From positions 46,395 to 110,394 of the forward strand of contig CAYWTR010000004.1 in the NCBI GenBank assembly GCA_964461255.1: DNA of 64,000 bases. Direction: 5' to 3'. A program made the position numbers and the translations under genes. This document shows, piece after piece, positions 8,351 through 18,400 of this stretch. Within the stretch, counting starts at the first letter, position 1. The number at the start of each line of letters is the position of its first letter. The notes beneath the pieces were generated by a model. It was not told the origin of the DNA and searched no databases. It saw nothing but the letters and a program-made list of their open reading frames with translations. The DNA is from an uncultured Fibrobacteraceae bacterium. Its GTDB lineage: Bacteria > Krumholzibacteriota > Krumholzibacteriia > LZORAL124-64-63.

Positions 8351-9802
8351 ATGGGTTCGATGGCGCAGGTCCAGTGGGGCGGGCAGGCGGCGGAGCGTGC
8401 CGTCGCCGGCGGATCGGAGGGAGCGGTTCGCGGGGGCGTTCCGCCGTTGTCGGCGCTCGATGCTCGGCAGCTGCATGCCCGCATCCTCGCCTCGCTGCGC
8501 GAGCAGCAGCGGGCGGAGCGGCGCTCGGTCATCTGGTTCGCCGAGCTGATGGCGCGGCGTCTGTACCGCGAATTCGGGCACTCCAGCATCCAGCAATACG
8601 CTGCCATCGCCCTGGGCTTCTCGCGCGCGAAGACCTCGTACTTCGTCCACCTGGCCGATGCCTTCGCGCGCCTGCCCGGACTGCGGGCCGAAGTCGCCGC
8701 CGGTCGCCTGGGCTGGACCAAGGCGCGGGCCGTGGCGCGGGTCGCCACTCCCGCCACCGAAGCGCGCTGGCTGGAGATAGCGCGGCGGGTTTCGCGCAAT
8801 GAACTCGAGCGCCGCATCGCCGCGGCGCGGGCCAGAGCGAGGGCGTCCAAGGAAGGGGCGGCGGCGGTCGCGCGGGCCGAGCCGGCGGCGCAGCCGGCGC
8901 CGGCTGTTGCGCCAGCGCAGGCCGCGCAGCCAATGCCAGCCGAGCAGCCCGCGCAGCCAATGCCGGCCTTGCTGCCGCTGGCCGGCATCGCGACGGCGGG
9001 CGGCCCGGGAGCCGAACCGGAAACGCCCATCACGCTGACGCACCGTTGGACGCCCGTGCAGTATGCGCGGTACGAGGCGCTTCTGGAGAGGGTGCGCAAG
9101 GTGGCGGCCGTGCCGCGCGGCGCCACGCGCGAGGAGATCCTGCTGGCGGCGCTCGACGCGTTGGGCAGTGTGCCGTTCGTGACGATGTCGACCGGTGTCG
9201 ACTCGACCGCGGGCGCCGACCCGGGGGCAAGCGATGCCTCTGCCACCGGCACCGCCGCCACCGCCCCGGCCATTGCCCTGGCCGCCGCCCCGGCCGCTGC
9301 CCCTGCCGGCCCCCCGGCCGCCGCCCCCGCCGCCGCGGGCTCGCGCTATCAGATCATCATCTACAAGTGCCGGGAGTGCGACCGGGGCGAGGTGCGCACT
9401 TCGCTGGGGGCGCGGACCCTGTCGCCCGCGCAGATGGCGGCGGTGGAGTGCGACGCGGCGGTGCTCGGGGACGACGGCCGCAACCGGGCTACCGTGCCGC
9501 CGGCGATGCGGCGGGCCGTGCTGGCACGCGACGGGCATCGCTGCCGGGCTCCGGGGTGCGGGCGGACTCGCTTCCTCGAGGTCCACCATCGCCTGCCGCG
9601 CGAGCGGGGCGGGGACAACCGACCGGACAACCTGATAACGCTCTGCTCGGCCTGCCATCGGATCTGGCATGAACTGGCGGCGACGCCAAACCTCGCGCGG
9701 TTGTTCGCGCGAGCGCCGGGTGCGCCGCCGGCGCAGGAGACCGAGCGGTCGCCGGGCCCGGCGACGGCCCTCGACCTTGCGTCAGGTCGGCCGGGGCCGT
9801 AA
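8351..9802 (+). CDS. HNH endonuclease domain protein (DUF222-like N-region plus C-terminal HNH nuclease), paralogue 1
   Basis: C-terminal CRAPGCGRTRFLEVHHRLPRERGGDNRPDNLITLCSACHRIWHE is an HNH motif. The N-region shares a conserved core with the 54772-56247 protein. The start is chosen at the first ATG downstream of the conserved promoter; the ORF is open from 8234. Confidence 0.7.
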   Translation: MGSMAQVQWGGQAAERAVAGGSEGAVRGGVPPLSALDARQLHARILASLREQQRAERRSVIWFAELMARRLYREFGHSSIQQYAAIALGFSRAKTSYFVHLADAFARLPGLRAEVAAGRLGWTKARAVARVATPATEARWLEIARRVSRNELERRIAAARARARASKEGAAAVARAEPAAQPAPAVAPAQAAQPMPAEQPAQPMPALLPLAGIATAGGPGAEPETPITLTHRWTPVQYARYEALLERVRKVAAVPRGATREEILLAALDALGSVPFVTMSTGVDSTAGADPGASDASATGTAATAPAIALAAAPAAAPAGPPAAAPAAAGSRYQIIIYKCRECDRGEVRTSLGARTLSPAQMAAVECDAAVLGDDGRNRATVPPAMRRAVLARDGHRCRAPGCGRTRFLEVHHRLPRERGGDNRPDNLITLCSACHRIWHELAATPNLARLFARAPGAPPAQETERSPGPATALDLASGRPGP

Positions 9803-9830
9803 GCTTTGCACCCCTTCCCGAGGAGAGCGC

Positions 9831-10745
9831 ATGGTCTACCGCATCGCCGCCGTCTCCTATCTCAATGCCTGGCCGTTGGTCGCGGGACTGAGCGGCGGGC
9901 ATGTGCAGCCGCCGGCCGGACGCAAGATCGAACTGCAGCACGAAGTGCCGAGCGTGCTCGCCGAGCTGCTGTTCGCCGGCGAGGCCGACGTCGCCCTGGT
10001 GCCGATCGTCGAGCACTTCCGCGGCATGGGAGCGGGTCTGGTGCCGGGCATCGGCATCGCCTGCCAGGGGCCGGTCGAAAGCGTCAAGCTGTTCACGCGG
10101 GTAACGCCGGCGGCGATCGGGCGCGTGCAGGTCGACAAGGGATCGCGCACCTCGGTGGCGCTTCTGCGGATCCTGCTGGCGGAGATGTTCGACGTGCGGC
10201 CCGATTTCTACGTGGCCGAGCCCAAGGTCGACGAGCTGCTGCGCAACGAGGAGGCGGCGCTGGTCATCGGCGACCGCTGCTTCGAGGCCGAGGCGCGCTT
10301 CCGGCGCGAGGGGGTGCTGGCGCCCGTGGCCGCGGCGGCGCCTTCGACCGGCGCGGTCGTGGCGGCCCATGATCTGGGCGAACTCTGGCATCGCCTGACG
10401 GGTCTGCCCTTCGTTTTCGCGGCCTGGATGCTGGGGCGCGGCTTCGTCCAGGATGCCGGCGCGGAGCAGACCACGGCGCTGGCCGATCTGCTCACCGCCG
10501 CGCGCGACTGGGGGCTGGCGCACCTGGACGAGCTGGCGGAGCGGGCCGCTGCCGAGGGCAGGCCCGGGCCGTCCGGGGATGGCACGGCCGCAAGCATCCG
10601 GCGCTACTTCGCCGAGAACATCCGCTACACGCTTGGCGAGCGGGAACTGGCCGGGGCGCAGCGCTTCCACGAGCTGTGCGTCCGGCACTGCATCTGCCCC
10701 GCCGGCCGGTCGCTGGCGCTGGCGGCCGCGGCCGAGCAGGCCTAA
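9831..10745 (+). CDS. mqnA: Chorismate dehydratase MqnA (futalosine pathway of menaquinone biosynthesis)
   Basis: N-terminal YRIAAVSYLNAWPLV is the hallmark of the MqnA/MqnD periplasmic-binding-like fold, and the SYLN variant is typical of MqnA. 305 aa, adjacent to an Mqn radical SAM enzyme. RBS ggagag upstream. Confidence 0.75.
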   Translation: MVYRIAAVSYLNAWPLVAGLSGGHVQPPAGRKIELQHEVPSVLAELLFAGEADVALVPIVEHFRGMGAGLVPGIGIACQGPVESVKLFTRVTPAAIGRVQVDKGSRTSVALLRILLAEMFDVRPDFYVAEPKVDELLRNEEAALVIGDRCFEAEARFRREGVLAPVAAAAPSTGAVVAAHDLGELWHRLTGLPFVFAAWMLGRGFVQDAGAEQTTALADLLTAARDWGLAHLDELAERAAAEGRPGPSGDGTAASIRRYFAENIRYTLGERELAGAQRFHELCVRHCICPAGRSLALAAAAEQA

Positions 10746-10824
10746 CTTGCCCGCGGTCCTGCGATCGTAACTGGTTTCGCCGTTTCAAGTTGAGGGATGC
10801 CGTGTCGAGCAGGGAGATGGGCGC

Positions 10825-12090
10825 GTGATCGGCCGCGAGCCCGACCTCGCGGGCGCAGGCGACGGATCGGCCGCGCCGGCGACGCCCGCGGCAGCCGCCG
10901 TGCCGGCGGCAGCCGCCGCGCCCGCGGCAGCCGCGACGCCGGCCGAGGCCGCCATCGTCGATCGGGTGCCGCACTCCTCGTCGGCGGAGGCGCTGGCCAT
11001 ACTGGCCGAGGCCGAGCAGGAGGGGAGGCGGCTGACCGGCGGCGAGCTGCTGCTGCTGTTCGAGGAAGCGGCGCTGCCCGATCTGGGACGGGCCGCGCAC
11101 GCCCTGCGCCTGCGGCGCAGCGATCCGCGGCTGGTGACCTATGTCATCGACCGCAACGTCACCTACACCAACCTGTGCTACACGGATTGCCTGTTCTGCG
11201 CCTTCAACCGGCATGACGGCGCGGACGACGCCTACGTGCTCGGCCTCGACGAGATCCTGGCCAAGGTTCGATCGGTGGTAGCGGCGGGGGGCAACCAGAT
11301 CCTGCTGCAGGGCGGTCACCACCCGCGGCTGAAGCTGCCCGACTACGAGGCCATGCTGGCCGCGATCAAGAGCGCGCACCCCGACATCTGGATCCACGGC
11401 TTCTCGCCGTCGGAGATCAAGCACATCGCCAAGCTGTCCCGGGTATCCACGCGCGAGACCCTCAAGCGCTTGCAGGCGGCGGGGCTGGCCTCGATCCCCG
11501 GCGGCGGCGCGGAGATCCTGAGCGACCGCGTGCGCGGGCTGCTCGCGCCGCGCAAGACGACCGCCTTCGAGTGGACCTCGATCATGGAGGAAGCGCACGC
11601 GCTCGGCCTGCGCAGCACGGCGACCATGATGTTCGCGCACGTCGAGACCTTCGTCGAGCGGGTCGAGCACCTGCTGCGACTGCGCGAGAGCCAGGACCGC
11701 ACCGGCGGCTACAACGCGTTCATCTGCTGGACCTATCAACCGCACCACACGCCGCTCAACGACCATCCCGAGCTGGTGGCCCAGGTGCGGGCTCGCGGCT
11801 ATCAGGGAGCGCTCGACTACCTGCGCACCCTGGCGATCGCGCGCATCGCCCTGGATAACTTCCCCAACGTGCAGGCGTCGTGGGTGACGCAGGGCAAGGC
11901 CATCGGCCAGATGACGCTGCACTTCGGCGCCAACGACCTGGGCAGCACGATGATGGAGGAAAGCGTCGTCTCGGCGGCCGGCACCGTCCACTGCCTCAGC
12001 CAGGACGACCTCAACGAGATGGCGCGCGGCGCGGGCTTCGTGCCCGCCGTGCGCGACAACGGCTACCGCGTGCTGCGCGTGCTCGACTGA
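10825..12090 (+). CDS. Radical SAM enzyme of the MqnE/MqnC family (aminofutalosine synthase or cyclic dehypoxanthinyl-futalosine synthase)
   Basis: CYTDCLFCAF CxxxCxxC cluster. The GGNQILLQGGHHP and FICWTYQPHHTPL family signatures and its position adjacent to mqnA support the assignment. Has an Ala-rich N-terminal extension and a GTG start. Confidence 0.75.
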   Translation: MIGREPDLAGAGDGSAAPATPAAAAVPAAAAAPAAAATPAEAAIVDRVPHSSSAEALAILAEAEQEGRRLTGGELLLLFEEAALPDLGRAAHALRLRRSDPRLVTYVIDRNVTYTNLCYTDCLFCAFNRHDGADDAYVLGLDEILAKVRSVVAAGGNQILLQGGHHPRLKLPDYEAMLAAIKSAHPDIWIHGFSPSEIKHIAKLSRVSTRETLKRLQAAGLASIPGGGAEILSDRVRGLLAPRKTTAFEWTSIMEEAHALGLRSTATMMFAHVETFVERVEHLLRLRESQDRTGGYNAFICWTYQPHHTPLNDHPELVAQVRARGYQGALDYLRTLAIARIALDNFPNVQASWVTQGKAIGQMTLHFGANDLGSTMMEESVVSAAGTVHCLSQDDLNEMARGAGFVPAVRDNGYRVLRVLD

Positions 12091-12263
12091 CCGCGCGTGC
12101 AGTCGCCTCACCCCGGTTCGCCACGAATCAGCGTTTTTTTGTCCTACTTGCTTGATTTTTTATCTCATAAGTGTTCCGGAAACCTGTATAATGATTTCAC
12201 AAGCTCAAATTCATGCATCAATGACCTGACAGTCCGCCGTGCGGCGGGGGGAAGGAGATCGCC

Positions 12264-12836
12264 ATGAAGAGGCAATTGTCCAGGGCTGTGCGCCGTTGCG
12301 CCTGCGCGGCGGGGTTGGTGCTGCTCGTCGCCGCCGCGGCGTCCGCCGACCAGGTCGTCATCACGCTCGACGCCAATCCCGGCACGGCCTGCAACACGCC
12401 GTGGCACGAAGCGTCGTGCGAGCTGGTCTTCCTGCCCACCACCACCCAGGACTGCATCGTCGCCGGCCAGCTCGGCTACTGCTACCCCTCGTGGCTGTCG
12501 ATCGGCCTGGGCACGGGGATCGGCGTGACGCCCGCCCGCATGCGCGTCGATTTCAGCGCCATCCAGGGGGTGCGGTCGGTCCAGCTGCAGATCTACGAGG
12601 CGCACGAGCTGGGCTGCACGCGCGCCTTCCTCTACAGCGGCAGCACGCTGGTCGATTCGGCCGGCAGCCAGTACACCGGCAGCAACCACTGGATCGAGCT
12701 GGACGCGGGCTCCCATGACGTGGACCACCTGTTCGTGTCGGGGCACGAGGGCTACTGCTGGGAGATCAGGCTGATCGGCGACACGCTGGTCGACACCGCG
12801 GGCAGCACCTGGGGAGCGCTCAAGGCGCTGTACTAG
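12264..12836 (+). CDS. Secreted Cys-rich hypothetical protein
   Basis: Signal peptide (AAGLVLLVAAAASADQ). Strong RBS (gggggaaggagatcgccATG). AT-rich promoter island upstream containing TATAAT. Balanced, non-repetitive composition. Confidence 0.5.
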   Translation: MKRQLSRAVRRCACAAGLVLLVAAAASADQVVITLDANPGTACNTPWHEASCELVFLPTTTQDCIVAGQLGYCYPSWLSIGLGTGIGVTPARMRVDFSAIQGVRSVQLQIYEAHELGCTRAFLYSGSTLVDSAGSQYTGSNHWIELDAGSHDVDHLFVSGHEGYCWEIRLIGDTLVDTAGSTWGALKALY

Positions 12837-12842
12837 CGGCCG

Positions 12843-14105
12843 CTATTCCAGCTTCAGCCACTCGGTGCCGTAGATCTCGCGGGGGAAGATCTTCGGCGCC
12901 AGGCCGTAGAGGAACTGGCGCAGCTTCAGCGCCAGGTGATTGGCGGCGTGCGCGCCGCAGACGGTGCGCAGGTAGCCCTCCAGGGTGTAGATCTGGACCT
13001 CCACCGGGAAGCGGTACGGCGGCCGGCCGGCGGCGGTGTTGGGGTAGAGGATGCTGACATCTCCCTTGAAGACGCGGTAGCCGCGGCCGGAGTGCACGTT
13101 GAGCTGCGCGCGGTCGCGCGGGTCGGCGATGGTGTCGACGACGTTGCGCCAGCCGACCGGGCGGCCGACGATCTCGTCGAGCAGGCGCAGCAGGTCGTCC
13201 AGGGCGTCGTCGTCGTGGACGATGAACATGGCGCCGATGACGTCGGTGATCTCGCTGGGGTTGTTGATGCCCTTGCGGATCATCTTCGAGACGATCGAGC
13301 CGCTGCTCTGGCGGCGCATGTCGCCCCAGCGCTTGCGTTCGAGCACGCGGTGGCGGCCCTCGACGATCTCGTACGAGACGGCGTCCACCGTGCGCTTGAA
13401 GCGGCAGTTGTAGTACAGGATGTCGAGCGCGATCTTGCCGCGCTCCAGGAAGATCGAGCGGAAGGTCCAGCGCTGCTGCCCCTCGGTCGGGCGCAGGCTG
13501 TAGTTGATGGTGTCGCCGTCGGCGTCGATGCTGTAGCCGATCTCGACCTCGTGCACCTGCCGCGCGTGGCGCCACAGCCCCTTCTGCAGCCGCTCCTCGA
13601 AGTACGCCTTGTGCCGGGGTCCGTCCTGGATGTGGCGCGATTGGTCGATCTCCAGGAACAGGCTGGCCAGGTAGAGCTTGCGTTGCGCCTCGTAGCGCTC
13701 GCGGCGGTCGGTGGCGCCGAAGACCACGTCCAGCAGCGCGCGCAGGTCCTCGCAGGCGGTCACGCCGGGCAGCGGCTGGACGGCGTGCGCGGCGTGCGCG
13801 GGCAGCAGGTTGACCAGCTCGCGCAGGTAGGTGTCGGTCTCGCGCAGGTACTCGGCCATGCGCGCGGCGTCGCGCGCTCCCGCCGGCGGCGTGCCGGCGG
13901 GGTGCAGAAGGCTGGCCAGCGCCTGGCGGTAGGCGTCGTCGTCCTGGCGGATCCGCTCGTAGAAAAGCCGGAAGAAACGCCGCTGGCGCGACGGGCGTTC
14001 GGCCAGCAGCGGATCGAGCAGCGGGTGGGCGGCGTAGTCGACCTGCCAGATGTGATCGCCGGCCGGCTCGCGCAGATGATCGGCCGCCACCCACTGCTCG
14101 AACAT
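12843..14105 (-). CDS. RelA/SpoT-family nucleotidyltransferase ((p)ppGpp-synthetase-like) domain protein with ~270-aa uncharacterised N-terminal region
   Basis: The C-terminal half aligns by eye to the RSH synthetase core: SIVSKMIRKG...ITDVIGAMFIV matches SIYRKM...DLIAIRCV, and PVEVQIYTLEGY...CGAHAANH matches PIEIQIRTxxMH...GVAAHWxYK. There is no HD-hydrolase HD/ED motif. The start lies 25 nt downstream of the PLP enzyme gene. Confidence 0.6.
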   Translation of the reverse strand: MFEQWVAADHLREPAGDHIWQVDYAAHPLLDPLLAERPSRQRRFFRLFYERIRQDDDAYRQALASLLHPAGTPPAGARDAARMAEYLRETDTYLRELVNLLPAHAAHAVQPLPGVTACEDLRALLDVVFGATDRRERYEAQRKLYLASLFLEIDQSRHIQDGPRHKAYFEERLQKGLWRHARQVHEVEIGYSIDADGDTINYSLRPTEGQQRWTFRSIFLERGKIALDILYYNCRFKRTVDAVSYEIVEGRHRVLERKRWGDMRRQSSGSIVSKMIRKGINNPSEITDVIGAMFIVHDDDALDDLLRLLDEIVGRPVGWRNVVDTIADPRDRAQLNVHSGRGYRVFKGDVSILYPNTAAGRPPYRFPVEVQIYTLEGYLRTVCGAHAANHLALKLRQFLYGLAPKIFPREIYGTEWLKLE

Positions 14106-14130
14106 GCCCGCCTCCGGGCGCCGGCGGCCG

Positions 14131-15318
14131 TCAGACCTGCGCCAGCGCCTGCTCCAGGTCGGCCTGCAAGTCGGCCACGTCCTCGCAGCCGACCGCGATG
14201 CGCACCAGGTCGTCGGAGATGCCGATCGCCAGGCGCTCCGCGGGCGCGATGCCGGCGTGCGTCATCGACGCCGGGTGCTCGATGAGGGTCTCGATGCCGC
14301 CCAGGCTGACGGCCAGCGTCGCCAGCTTGACGCTGTTGATCAGCTTCTTGCCCGCGGCCAGCCCCCCCTTGACGCCGAAGGAACAGACGGCGCCGCCGCC
14401 CGCCATCTGCCGGCGCATCAGGTCGTGCTGCGGGTGGCTGGGCAGGCCGGGGTAGCGCACCCACGCCACCTTGGGGTGGCTCTCCAGCCAGGCCGCCAGG
14501 ATCTCGGTGTTGCGCTGCGCCCGCTCCAGGCGCAGGCCCAGCGTCTTGACGCCGCGCAGCACCAGCCAGGCCTGATGCGGGTCCATGGTGCCGCCCACGT
14601 TCTGGTGGACCTTGCGCAGCCGGGCCAGGTGCTCCTCGCGCTTGGCCACGACGATGCCGGCGACCACGTCGGTGTGCCCGTTGATGAACTTGGTCATGCT
14701 GTGCAGCACGATGTCCGCGCCCAGCGCCAGCGGCTGCTGCAGCAGCGGCGTGGCGAAGGTGTTGTCGACCGCCAGCAGCGCGCCGCCGCGGTGCGCGATG
14801 TCGGCGCAGGCCGCCAGGTCGGTCAGCTTGAGCGTGGGGTTGGCCGGCGACTCGACGTAGACCAGCCGCGTCTCGGGCCGCAAGGCCGCCTTCACCTGGT
14901 CCAGGTCGGACGAATCGACGAAGGTCGCGGTGATGCCGAAGCGCGCATACTCCTGCTCCAGGATCAGGCGCGACGGGCCGTACAGCGCCTCGGTGGCGAC
15001 GATGTGCGTCCCCTGCTCCAGCAGCGCCAGATAGACCGTGTTGACGGCCGCCATGCCGGTGGCCGCGCCGAGCGCGCCGCAGCCCCCTTCGAGCACGCTG
15101 ATGCACTCCTCCAGCGCCGCGGTCGTCGGGTTGCCCAGCCGCGTGTACTTGTAGCCGGGATCGCGCCCGCTGAAGCGGGCCGCCCCCTCGTCGGCGTCGC
15201 GGAAGGCGAAAGTGGAGGTCTGGTAGATCGGGGTGCTGACGGCGCCGGTGCGCGGGTCGGTGTGCTGGCCCGCGTGGATGATCCGGCTCTGGGGGCGCAG
15301 GCGCGCTACGTCGGCCAT
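14131..15318 (-). CDS. Cys/Met-metabolism PLP-dependent enzyme (methionine gamma-lyase / cystathionine gamma-synthase family)
   Basis: Family signatures: PIYQTSTF, the SMTKFINGHTDVV lysine-PLP motif, and the GGIETLIEHPASMTH C-terminal region. Start chosen at the ATG with an aaagga RBS. Confidence 0.8.
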   Translation of the reverse strand: MADVARLRPQSRIIHAGQHTDPRTGAVSTPIYQTSTFAFRDADEGAARFSGRDPGYKYTRLGNPTTAALEECISVLEGGCGALGAATGMAAVNTVYLALLEQGTHIVATEALYGPSRLILEQEYARFGITATFVDSSDLDQVKAALRPETRLVYVESPANPTLKLTDLAACADIAHRGGALLAVDNTFATPLLQQPLALGADIVLHSMTKFINGHTDVVAGIVVAKREEHLARLRKVHQNVGGTMDPHQAWLVLRGVKTLGLRLERAQRNTEILAAWLESHPKVAWVRYPGLPSHPQHDLMRRQMAGGGAVCSFGVKGGLAAGKKLINSVKLATLAVSLGGIETLIEHPASMTHAGIAPAERLAIGISDDLVRIAVGCEDVADLQADLEQALAQV

Positions 15319-15412
15319 GACATGTCCTTTCAGGGGCGATGCGGCTTGAGGGGCGATGATCGCCTCCCTATAATAGACCGCCGCTGACGGTGCGCCAAAT
15401 CCGGAGGTTCCC

Positions 15413-18400
15413 ATGGCTAAACTATGCATTCGCGCCGTGCTGGCCGTGCTGGCTGCGCTCGCCGCGCCGGCCGCGCCGGCCGCGCCCGCCGCCGCCCCCC
15501 TGGGCGATTGGGCCTACCTGCCCGCCGCCGATATCGGCGCGGCCGCGTTCAAGCGGGCGCATCCGACCTGGGACGGGCGCGGCGTGGTTATCGCCATCCT
15601 CGACACCGGGGTCGACGCCTTCGCGCCGGGGCTCGAGCGCACCACGACGGGGCAGACCAAGCTGCTCGAGGCGCTGGACCTGACGCCGCAGGGGGACTGG
15701 GAGACCGTCGAGGCGGAGATCGACTCGACCGAGGCTCCCGCCACGCCCGCGGCGCCGCTGTACCGGCACCCCGACGGTCATCGGCTGCGCGGGGCCGAAC
15801 GGCTGGCGGTGCCGCCGAGGCTGCGCCCGGTCTACATCACCCGCATCTGCGAGGCGGCGTTCATCAACAGCAACGGCCTGCACGATCTGAACGACGACGG
15901 CGACACCGACGACACCTTCGGCGTGCTGGTCTATCAGGCCGAGCGCGCCGAGGTCGAGGCGGCGCTGGGGGGCGGGCGCGGCTACGAGCTGCTGGCCGGG
16001 CTGTCGGAGCAGGCGCGGCGCACGGTGGCGCGCGAGCGCGAGAGCGCCCGCGTCTGGCTCGTGGCCGTCGACCGCGACGGCGACGGCCGGCTGGACGACG
16101 AGCGGCCGCTGCGCGATTACCGCGTCGACCACGATCTGTTCCGCCTGACCGCGCCCGACGCGCCCGAGGCCCGCACCCTGATGGCCTGGAGCGTCAACGT
16201 TGTCGAGCAGCCCGACCGTCTGGGCCGCCCGCGGGCGCCGAAGCTGTCGCTGCACTTCGACGACGGCGCGCACGGTTCGCACTGCGCCGGCATCGCCGCC
16301 GGCCACCGCGTCGGCGGGCAGGAGGGGCTGGACGGCGTGGCGCCCGGGGCGTGGCTCATCTCCCTGAAGCTTGGCGACAACACGCTGTCGGGCGGCGCCA
16401 CGCGCACCGAGTCGATGAAGCAGGCCGCCGAGCGCGCCGCCGCCTTCGCCGAGGATTACGGCGTGCCGGTGGTCGTGAACATGAGCTACGGCGTCGCCTC
16501 GGTGCAGGAGGGCGACGACGCCATGGGGCGGTTCCTGGACGAGCTGCTGGCGAAGAACCCCCGGCTGTTCTTCTGCACCTCAGCCGGCAACGAGGGGCCC
16601 GGCGTCTCGACCGTGGGGCTGCCGGCCACGGCGTCCAGCGTCATCGCCTCGGGCGCCTACCTTTCGCCGGCGGTCGGGGCCGACCTGTACAACGCCCGCC
16701 TGAGCGGGCCGACCCTGTTCGCCTTCTCCAGCCGCGGCGGCGACGCGCCCAAGCCCGACGTCGTCGCGCCCGGCGCCGCCCTGTCGACGGTGCCGGGATG
16801 GAACGACGGCACCGCGCGCTTCAACGGCACCTCGATGGCGTCGCCCACCACCGCCGGCGGCGTCGCCTGCCTGCTCAGCGCGGCGCAGCAGGAAGGTCTG
16901 CAGGTCCATTGGGGCATGGTCAAACGCGCCCTGATCGCCGGCGGCCGCGAGCTGCCGGGGCTGCTGCGCTGCGAGCAGGGTGGCGGGCTGGTCGATCTGG
17001 AGCGCAGCTGGGAGCTGCTGCGCCAGCTCGCCCGCAGCCGCTCCGCGCGGCAGGTGCTCGACTGGCGCGTCGAGACCGCCGCGCCGCATCAGGACGACGG
17101 CCTGGCCGGCGCCGCCTACTGGCGCACGCCGGGCGGCGTGCCGCTGGCGCCCGAGGTCGTCACCTTCAGGGTGACGCCGGTCTTCCACCCCGATCTGACC
17201 CCGGACGAGCGCGACGGGTTCTTCCGCTCCTTCACGCTGAGGGCCGAGGCGGACTGGCTGGCGCCGCTGGCGCGCCAGCGCTACGTGCGCGGCAAGGCCC
17301 CCATGGAGATCGACGTGCAGTACCGCGGCGCCGCCCTGGCGCGGCCCGGGGTGCACTCGGCGCGCGTGATCGCCGCGCTCGACGGCGGCGACCTGTCCGG
17401 CGCGGCCGCCCAGGAGTTCGCGCTCTGGAACACGATCGTCGTCGCGGATCCCTTCGGCCCCGAGGTCGGCCACAGCCGCGTCTACGAGGGGCGGGCCCTC
17501 GCGCCCTCCACCGTGCGGCGCCACCTGGTGGCGGCGCCGGCCGGCGCGACCGCGATGCGCGTCCGGCTGGAGGTCAGCGACCGCATCGGCGCCGGCGCCG
17601 GCGCCCGCGTCACCTCGGAGATCGTGGATCCCGACGGCTTCGTGCGCGGCGGCTTCCCCGGCTACGCCAGCGTCAAGGGATCGCCCGTGATCGACCAGGT
17701 CGTGCTGCCGCCCGATCTCAAGCCCGGCATCTGGGAGATCTGCGCCATCAGCCCCATCGGCGCCATGGATCCCTCGCCCTACCGGCTGGCGGTCTCGTTC
17801 GACGGCTACGAGGCGTCGCCCGCCGTGATCACAACGCTGCCCCGCGGCGCTCCGGGCAAGCCGGCCGAGACCGAACTGACCGTCACCCGCGCCTTCGACG
17901 GCGTCTTCAAGGGTGCCATCGAGGCCCGCCTGGCCGGCTTCAGGCGCGAGCGGCCCATCACCATCGAGGAAGAGGACGTCTGGACGCACAGCTTCACGCT
18001 CGATCGCGCCACCCCGTCCGTCGAGTTCCGCCTGCGCATGGACAAGGCCACCGCCAACCTGCTCACCGACTGCGCCGTCAACGTCGTCGACGACACGGGC
18101 AAGCGCGTGCGGTCCGGCGCCTTCGACGGCGTCGAGGCCGAGATGGCCTTCGCGCTGCCGGCCGGCCTCGACAAGGCGGGGTACAAGCTGGAGGTGGTCG
18201 CGGGCTTCGCCCTGCGGCAGGACATGGAGACGTGGGGCTTCACGCTCGACGAACGGTACCTGCTGGCCGCGCCGGTCGCCGGCGCGGTCGAGCGGGCGGC
18301 CGGCAAGGGCGGACCCGCCGCCACGCACCTCCACGCCGGCGTGCCGGTCAGGCTGAAGGTGTCGTTCGCCGATGTCTGGCCCGTGGCGCCCGACGGCCTG

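Noticed and set aside
15321-15412. SAM/Met-responsive riboswitch in the leader of the methionine-gamma-lyase-family gene
   Set aside because: The leader is only ~92 nt, is shared with the divergent S8 promoter, and lacks the conserved S-box/SAM-II elements. Only a short direct repeat (ATCGCCCCT x2) is present.
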